This document shows positions 53,010 to 64,000 of a DNA stretch of 64,000 nucleotides, one piece after another. The translations under genes and the position numbers were made by a program. The notes under the pieces were generated by a model. It did not search any database, was not told where the DNA came from, and saw nothing but the letters and a program-made list of their open reading frames with translations. The stretch is taken from NCBI RefSeq assembly GCF_006345805.1, contig NW_021834222.1, positions 1 through 64,000 on the forward strand, in the 5' to 3' direction. The DNA is from Octopus sinensis. Taxonomy: Eukaryota. Position 1 is the stretch's first letter. Each line of letters begins with the position of its first letter.

Positions 53010-54420
53010 TTTGTTTCTGTTGTACCTATATTTCAAAGGGCCAGCCTTGTCACGCTGAATCTCACCGAGAACTATCAGGTCATCCCATAAGTTCTGTCCG
53101 ATTTTAGCTTTTTTTAAAATTGAATGAAATTTAATAATATTTTTGAATATCTAATGGAGTCAAAAATCCTTTTTATGCATTTGTGTACATTTAAACTAAT
53201 TAAATAATATTTTACAGAATAATAGAATTAAAATTTCTTTGATTAAAACCATTTCTAACCTGGAAGTATCCAAAGAGCATTTGAGGCACATAATGCTTTA
53301 TGAGTACAAAAAGGAAACTCTGCAGCCGAAGTGACATACATTCAGTTTATGGGAAAGAATGCTTGAATGAAATAATTTGCAGAAGATGGTTTGCAAAGTT
53401 CAGAAGTGGAGGTTTCAGCCTTGAAGATGAAGATCGAACAGGACGTCCAGTTGAGTTTGATGATAAGCTCCTTGAGGCATTACTTGAAGAAAATCCTGCA
53501 TTATCAGTTGAAGAATTTGTAATAAAGCTTACTTCAAACTATACAACTGTTCATCGTCATCTTCAACAACTAAGAAAGGTCCCTAAACTTGGAAAATGGG
53601 TGCCTCATGAAGTGTCCGAAAGCAACCGCAAATCCCGAGTTGACATCTACTCTTCTCTCCATTCTCGCGAACTTATTTCATCCCTTTTGGATAGACTTGT
53701 GACTAATGACGAAAAATGGATCTTCTATCGAAATGTTAAATGTCGTAAACAGTGGCTTGGTAAAAGGGGAAAGGCTCAACCACAGCTGAAAAGGGAACTT
53801 CATGGGAAAAAAGGTTCTTCTCTCTATCTGGTGGGATTGCAAAGGAGTAATTCATTTTGAATTGTTGCCGCCTAATGCAACAATCAATGCTCAAGTCTAC
53901 TGTTAGCAATTAGAGCGTTTGAACCAAACTTTGAAGAAAAAAGACCTGCTTTAGTGAATCGAAAAGGAGTGATGTTTCATCCGGACAATGCACGACTCCA
54001 CACTGCAAAGATCACATCACAGAAGATCGAAGAGCTTGGGTGGGAAAAAATTCCTCATCCACCTTATTCTCCCGACCTTGCTTCTTCAGACTACCATTTG
54101 TTTCGTAGGAGAGTAGGTCGAAACTGACATTTCAGAGTTCTTCGCTTTGAAACCAAAAGAGTTTTACATTGATGGGATTAAAAAGCTTGTAAATAGATGG
54201 AAGGAAGTCATAGATAATCAAGGAAAGTACATTGATGATTAAATTTCAATTAAATATAACATTTGATCACTTGTTTTCTTTATTCAAAATTCGGACAGAT
54301 ACATTAAGAATACACGTGTCTGTGGAGTGCTCAGCCACTTGCACTTTAATTTCGCGAACAGGCTGATCCGTTGATCGGATCAACTGGAACACTCGTCGTC
54401 GCAACCGATAGAGTACCGTG
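53010..54420 (+). mobile_element. SINE family C split by a mariner insertion
   Basis: GAGAACTA|...|TACATTAAG compared with uninterrupted GAGAACTACATTAAG at about 11940. Confidence 0.85.
53075..54299 (+). mobile_element. mariner transposon (DD34D type), decayed transposase at about 53260-54241, right TIR partly deleted
   Basis: WVPHEV, LVTNDEKW, DNARLH, PPYSPDLASSDYHLF, GKYIDD*; left TIR TCAGGTCATCCCATAAGTTCTGTCCGATTTT; right end retains only AAAATTCGGACAGA. Confidence 0.92.
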
Positions 54421-54539
54421 ATCTTCTATTTCAAACTTTAATGATTTTTATATTTTATTTATTTGATAAACTCTGTTTACTTTAAAATTATATTTCATTC
54501 TATTCGTTTACGTAGCTTCTTGAACAAGTTTTCACCCGG

Positions 54540-54750
54540 TAATATTAGTTTTCAACATTTGACACAAGGCCAGCAATTTCGGGGTTGGAGTTAAATCGAT
54601 TACATTGTTCAACTGGTACTTATTTTATCGGCCCTGAAAGGATGAAAATGAAAGTCAATCTCGGCAGAATTTGAGCTCAGACCATAAAGGCGGACGAAAT
54701 GCCGCTAAGCATTTTGTCCGGCGTGCGAACCATTCTGCTAGCTCGCTGCC
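54540..54750 (-). mobile_element. old SINE family A copy with the alternative tail
   Basis: Reverse of the A-family head and core. Confidence 0.7.
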
Positions 54751-56499
54751 TTTTCATCCATTGATATCAAAAACAGCCAGCCATGACAATCACGTCATTA
54801 TATGTAGAACTACATTATTCAAGAAGTTCTTCCTTTCTATTTTAAATGATGTGATTTCTTTGAGATTTGGCTACTATTTCGCGCAAGTCGAGCGACCACA
54901 CACACACACAGGCTCCCTATTAGACTCATCTAATGCTTTTATTTTACTTGCTAGATTGTTTTTTTGTTGTTGTTATCATTTAGCTTCAGGTCAGCTTCGA
55001 ACGAACAAACATGATCAAAGATGTTCCAACCATGACCATCCCATTTTTGCGTTATGTATCGTTACACTGGGACTGCGTTATCTAATGCGTTTTTTTTTCT
55101 AAGATAATCGAGTGGGATCTGAGGCAAATCTAGCTGATACGGGTGGCGACAGTAAAACCACCCATAGACGGCCATTGGTGTGGCGCTAGTGAACTTTAGC
55201 CGGTTGGGGGTAAGGGTGACTTCGTGAGGCTAATGTCTTATTGCTTTTTGCCTTAGTTATCATCATTGCTTGGGCCACCGTGTGGTTATCAAGTATGGTG
55301 AATCTAAAGTGGAACGGCGTTTGTGCCGCTTCCTCTATTTTTAGTAATACTCCATTTTGTTGCTATTGTCATGTTTGATACTGTTTAATCTCAACCGTTA
55401 AGCTTGAGCTTCTGAGATCAGCTTTAATTCTCTATCACTAATGTCTGCTGTAGCGAGATTATCTCAACTGGATTCCACCTATCTGCGGCTTTTAATACAA
55501 ATTATAATGAATAAATTATCAATTAACTGCTAATATCTAAATTTTAACAATCTTCATAAATTATTTCATTACAAGCCCAACGACATGATGTCAACCTTTT
55601 GATGGGCCCTTTATGACACAACTGGCACCAAGTCTGGACATAGGTTAGCAGCAGAGGGTTGATCTGAGTCTGCAAAAGAATAAACACCAGAAAAGGAAGC
55701 TAAAAATTATGTGTGTGTGTGTGTGTGGGGGGGGTATTGTACTGAGTGGAGCACTATGTCTACCACCCAAAGATCACGTGGTGATGCTAAACAGAGCTGG
55801 CTGTATGGTTTACCATACAAGGACAAAAGGACGGCGTTAGAACATGCGTGACTGAAGTCCTCCAATATACAAAATAATATTAAAAAAAAAAAAGAAATTT
55901 TGATTAGCATATTGTATAGAGTGCTCAGATGTGTCGTGACTGGTCGGAAAAGGATAAAAGAAGGGACAGAAAGTAGCCGTTTACGAAAGGCTGCAACGAT
56001 AGCGAAAAGTGCGAGCATAATCAGTCATTTTAAGGTATTGGTACACTGGGCAATTGGGCCTCACGATTCTAGGGTGCCAGTTATGCTGTGGTTTGCTGAC
56101 ACTAAATATATACAATAGGGCCTAAAGCATTGATTTACCTGGGGGCCTATGATACTGCTAAGACGGGCCGGGGCATAGTGCACAGAATTAAATACAAAAA
56201 CAGAAATGCGATGAGAGAACTGAAGAAAATATTTTCTTTTTTAAAAAGGGCAAAAAAAAAAAAAAGGCAATAAATGGCCACTGAAGACTAGAAATTGTGG
56301 CAGCTATTATTGCAAAAACGGTAAAAATAACTTTACTTTTCTTGTTGACAAGATTTCATCAGAATTTAGTGCCGGATAACCACATAGTTGCCCGATCCGT
56401 CTTTAACTGCCATCACAATTGCACGTGTCTGTGACGTGTGGGCTGTGTTTACCTGCATGTTTAACGTGTGTAGAGAAGTGTTTGAGACACGTGTTCACA

Positions 56500-59370
<2,871 letters not shown>

Positions 59371-59704
59371 GGAAGGAGGGAGAGTGTTGTTTTTGACTAA
59401 TCTTGAAACGTACGTTCTCAAATAACCTTAGCATTTGATTTTTCGATGTCCTTACCCCCAAACTTTTGTGAGTTGAATTAAGCAAACACTATATATGAGA
59501 GAGATTTTCGTTAAGTATTAGAAATAGCTTTAAAAAAGTTTTTTAGCTGCTATTTCTAATGAGTTCAGTATGCGGCAAAGTAATTTATTTTACTAAGCCC
59601 TTTTATATAATGTAATAATTTGAATTCGCCTTGAATGGTCCCTTTGCATACTGAACACTTGGTGAAATTGATTAATAATTAATTAATTTTGCCCTCAATT
59701 GTTG

Positions 59705-59750
<46 letters not shown>

Positions 59751-59762
59751 CATATATATATA

Positions 59763-60982
59763 CGGGGTTTGGACAAAATAATGGAAACAGCTTAAAATTT
59801 CAAGCAAATTCATTTTAATATGGGGCAGGACCGCCTTTGGTAGTAATTACAGATTGAATTTTACGAGGTATGGACTCGTACAAAATTTGAATTGTTTTCA
59901 AGGGAATTTTTATCCATTCTTCAGCTAAAACAGTCCCCAGTTCTTGTAGTGATGATGGTGGAGGATATTGACTCCTTGCTTGTTTTTCTAAAGTGCACCA
60001 TAAACGTTCAGTAATATTGAGATCTGGTGACTGTGGTGGCCAGATAAGATGTTCAACTTCACTAGAATGTTCCTCGTGCCATTCAATAACAACTTTAGCT
60101 GTGTGAATTGGTGCATTATCATCCTGAAAGATTGCATTTCCCTCCTTGACTATTTTAATTCTGCCATGAAGGGAAACCATTGGGCTGGCGGATTCCCAAG
60201 ATATAACCCCCCACCACCACCACCAGATCATCACTGATCCTCCCCTATGTTTAACAGTTAGAAGAAGTCAGTCTAGGTCAAATGTTTCTTTTGGCTGTCT
60301 CCACACATATACACGGCCTGTGGTCGGAAATAAGGTAAAGGATGACTCGTCTGAGAAAATAATATTCTTCCACTGCTCTTGAGACCAATTCTGTAGGTTT
60401 TAACTCCACCCTAAACACTTTGCAACGTTTGTTTTTGAAAGTAGAGGTTTTCTGATTGCTGCCCTCCCGTGAAATCCGGTTTTGTGCAGCTCCCGGCGAA
60501 CAGTTTTAGTGGAAACTAGGTTTTCGAGGTGGTCATAAAGCTCCGCAGTAATTTTGGGAGCTGTACTTTTGTGATACTTTCAAACAATTCGTGGTCCGTA
60601 TCTGAAAGTTTTGGTTTTTTTCCGTAGTTTTGTTTCGACGAAGAGGTTTTTTCCCTTTTTTTCAAAGGCTGTCATTACTTTCGAAACAGTGCTTCTTGAA
60701 ACACTAAACATTTCGGCTGCTTCCGTTATGCTAGCACCTGCCATACGGGCACGAACAATTCGACCTCTTTGAAAGTCCGATAGATCTGTCATTTTAATGA
60801 ATTTTAATTACCTTTTTCTGATGGTATCTGAAAAAAACACACCAATTTTAGCAAAACATATTAAGCAACACCAATAATGAATAAAAAAAACAAACATAAA
60901 AATAAAAAGGCTTTTGAAGGTTTTATAGATATTTCTAAATTATTATGCTATGATGCTAGATGTTTCTATTATTTTGCGAGTG
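59763..60982 (-). mobile_element. Tc1 transposon (DD34E type), decayed transposase at about 60792-59815
   Basis: MTDLSDFQRGRIV, FSDES, FQDDNAPIH, WPPQSPDLNITERLW, KGGPAPY*; imperfect TIRs sharing CAAAATAAT(G/A)GAAACA; TA flanks. Confidence 0.9.
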
Positions 60983-61034
60983 TATATATATATATATATA
61001 ATCAAAATAAGCAACAAGAATAACTCCGGTAATT

Positions 61035-61118
61035 TGGTACGATCGTTTCGCACTACATCATTTTATTAAATGTTGTAAGTATTACAACAGTTTTAAAATG
61101 CTGAGCATTCATCAGCCA
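61035..61118 (-). ncRNA. type-I hammerhead ribozyme motif (GUA site), minus-strand copy
   Basis: TGG-CTGATGA-ATGCT...AGTGC-GAAA-C GATC G-TA-CCA; position 10.1 is A rather than G. Confidence 0.7.
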
Positions 61119-61191
61119 TTGATAGAGGTCTTCCATTAATACATAATTTTCATATCATTAATATTATGTATTAATGGAAAACCTCTATCAA

Positions 61192-61275
61192 TGGCTGATG
61201 AGTGCTCAGCATTTTAAAACTGTTGTAATACTTACAACATTTAATAAAATGATGTAGTGCGAAACGATCGTACCA
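61192..61275 (+). ncRNA. type-I hammerhead ribozyme motif (GUA site) with long stem II
   Basis: TGG-CTGATGA-[GTGCT..CATTTTA..TGTTGTAA tac TTACAACA..TAAAATG..AGTGC]-GAAA-C GATC G-TA-CCA; full core, G10.1-C11.1 pair. Confidence 0.8.
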
Positions 61276-61408
61276 AATTACCGGAGTTATTCTTGTTGCT
61301 TATTTTGATTATAATCACCCCATGGATTTATATGGATAACACCATAAAGAATTCTGGTGCATCTAACTTAAGTACCATATTCATTTGAATCTAAATTTTG
61401 CTGAACTT

Positions 61409-61439
<31 letters not shown>

Positions 61440-61442
<3 letters not shown>

Positions 61443-61580
61443 CGACGGGCTTCTTCCAGCTTTCGTCTACCTAATGAACTCACAAGGCTTTCGTGGAAGA
61501 CACTTACCCAAGGTGCCACGTAGTGGGACTGAACCCGGAACCATATGGTTGGGAAGTAAGCTTCTTACCACATAGCCACT

Positions 61581-61582
<2 letters not shown>
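61440..61582 (-). mobile_element. SINE family B head fragment
   Basis: CCCAAGGTGCCACGTAGTGGGACTGAACCCGGAACC. Confidence 0.8.
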
Positions 61583-61617
<35 letters not shown>

Positions 61618-61678
61618 CTCAAAGAAATTCCAACTTGGGCTTCACGTTTTATTTACAATCTTATAATAATATATTATA

Positions 61679-62793
61679 TTGGGTTGGCAACTAAGTTCCC
61701 GCCGTTTTTTAAATTTTTGGAATTTTTTTGGTTTTTAAATTTTGGAACCTATATTTTTCGAGAATTCTATTGTTGAATCATTTTGGAATCTATTTTTTTC
61801 TGTCTACTAGTTAATTGCAGTTAATTTTTGTGGTCCTTTCAAACAAATCAGATCATTATAATGGAATGTCAAGTTAAGAAAAATGAGCATTTTCGACACC
61901 TCTTTCTTTTTGCTTTTAATCAAGGTTCTAAGGCCACAAAAGCTGCTCGCGACATTTGTGCTGTGTATGGAGAGGGTGCCCTAACCGAAAGAACCGCTCG
62001 TGATTGGTATGCTAAGTTCAAAAATGGAAATTTTGACCTCAATGACGCACCTCGTTCTGGCCGTCCAGTTGAGTTCGATGAAGAGCGATTGCTCGTCACC
62101 GCTCAACTCATGGACAGAAGCAAAGATTTCTTTACCGAATCGTTACTGGCGACGGAAAATGGTGCCTGTACATCAATATGAAGCAGCATAAGGAATGGAT
62201 TAGCCCCGGTGAACAAGCGACACTGTGCGTGAAACAAGATCTTCATCCGCGTAAAACGATGTTGTGCGTATGGTGGGACTGGGAAGGGATTATCCTTTAC
62301 GAATTGCTTGAACGGAACCAAACGGTCAACGCGGAATTCTATGTTCAACAGATGGAAGGACTCAACACGGCTATTCAAGAGAAAAGACCTAATCGGCTGC
62401 ATGGAGTTCTTCTTCTGTACGACAATGCCCGCCCTCATATCACCAATACGACCAAGGAAGCCATTCAAACGCATGACTGGGAAGTGCTGCCACACCCGCT
62501 GTACTCTTCTGATTTGGCACCAACGGATTTCCACCCCATTCGATCTCTTTCAAATGCCATGCGCGGAGTTTCGTTCAATACTGATGCAGAATTGAGAGCT
62601 TGGTTGGGTCAATTTTTTGAGTCGAAATCGGGTGATTTCTACCAACAAGGTATTGAAAATCTTGTTGAACGTTGGGAAGAAGTTGTAAATAACAAGGGTG
62701 AATACATTATTGATTAATTAGTTGTTATTTTTTATCAAACCTTTTAAAAAATTTAAATTTTAAAAAACGGCAGGAACTTAGTTGCCAACCTAA
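61679..62793 (+). mobile_element. mariner transposon (DD34D type), transposase 61861-62717 with an internal deletion and frameshift
   Basis: TIRs TTGGGTTGGCAACTAAGTTCC / GGAACTTAGTTGCCAACCTAA with TA flanks; MECQVKKNEHFRH, LCVWWDWEG, DNARPH, YSSDLAPTDFH, GEYIID*. Confidence 0.93.
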
Positions 62794-62879
62794 TATTATA
62801 TAATTATAAGACTGTAAATATAACGTGAAAATCAAAGTTCGAATTTCTTTGAGTAATATAATCTTCTATACAAAATCAT

Positions 62880-63265
<386 letters not shown>

Positions 63266-64000
63266 ATATGTCTTGCCATAATACTGGGTTACAATTTTCT
63301 CTCCAAAATGGTGAATTTTTTTCCAGTGTTACTAAGTATGTATGATGTTTGTATTAAACGTATTGAAGATCGAACTCATTGAAAATTCAGTGATTATACT
63401 AGTTTTGAATTCTCTTTCGCTTCTTGTAAATGTTACAGTTTATTCCTTTCTATTTAAACTGTTTTACAGCTTCTGTTGACATGTTTCCAACTGCTGGAGT
63501 TGATTAAATAAAATAATTTTCATTTCCGAAGAAATCGACTTCGTTGACATTTTGAAACTCAACCTGGAAAATATTTAACAAAATATAGAATTTAAATATG
63601 ACATTAATTTAGTTTAGAATGTGGTGCATCTCATTGTGGAATTGAAGGAAAATATAAGGGAAATGAAAAATCATATCGGAACCGATGAGATGGTGTTTCT
63701 GTTGAGGGAAAGAAAATAAATAATTTTAACTCAAAACCAAAACCGTGTGAAATGAAACCGTGTATATAGAATACCGTGTAAACCGGGGGTATAACTGTCT
63801 ATATACAGGATGTGTCAATTATATGAGAACGTAACTTTTAAGAAACATAAGTTGCCTAAATTTTAACTAATTGTCCCCTTTTCCGGTTCTCGTTTTCTTG
63901 TTGCCTTAGCAACCAACCCCAGTGGTTCTGAGATTACAACCTTCTTAAATACTACTAACTCTTCATATTTAAGATCAAAAAAGTGCTTCTGGCTTTTGGT

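Larger units (their letters stand above)
60998..61312. repeat. near-perfect inverted repeat (150-bp arms, 15-nt loop)
   Basis: Arms 60998-61147 and 61163-61312; only two mismatches seen by eye. Confidence 0.95.

Noticed and set aside
55135-55235. HDV-like ribozyme (AGACG/TGTCT, GCC/GGC, GGCTAA)
   Set aside because: L3 and P1.1 consensus are absent, P1 does not start with G, and GGCTAA pairs better with upstream TTAGCC.
63690-63830. pogo/Tigger-like or Tc1-like terminal sequences near the window end
   Set aside because: Partner ends could not be identified, so evidence is insufficient.

Overview
AT-rich, microsatellite-saturated metazoan DNA. The repeat content (three tRNA-derived SINE families plus heavy (AT)n, (AC)n, (AG)n and (GATA)n tracts) suggests an octopod cephalopod; this is inference. 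No intact host protein-coding gene is evident, and nearly all ORFs in the supplied track are microsatellite or antisense-repeat artefacts. Recognisable coding remnants are all transposon-derived: a decayed L1/Tx1-clade LINE ORF2 (EN-RT-zinc finger, minus strand, 23.9-27.4 kb) with a second 3' fragment beside it, both abutting (TATC)n arrays; a Tx1-type ORF1 with a CCHC knuckle inside a 3.8-kb tandem duplication; an RTE 3' fragment carrying a 16-bp minisatellite; three mariner elements; one Tc1; and several MITE-like remnants. The most interesting signal is non-coding. There are at least six minimal type-I hammerhead ribozyme motifs with short palindromic stem-III loops (10.4, 19.5, 19.8, 28.8 kb and a pair at 61.0/61.2 kb) and several core-variant relatives. 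Three of these sit in (TA/CA)n-flanked palindromes, including a near-perfect 150-bp-arm inverted repeat that encodes a hammerhead on each strand. Other points of interest are apparent GATA-microsatellite targeting by the Tx1 LINE and head-to-tail 184-bp multimers of one SINE. All structures were paired by eye; no database searches or folding programs were run.
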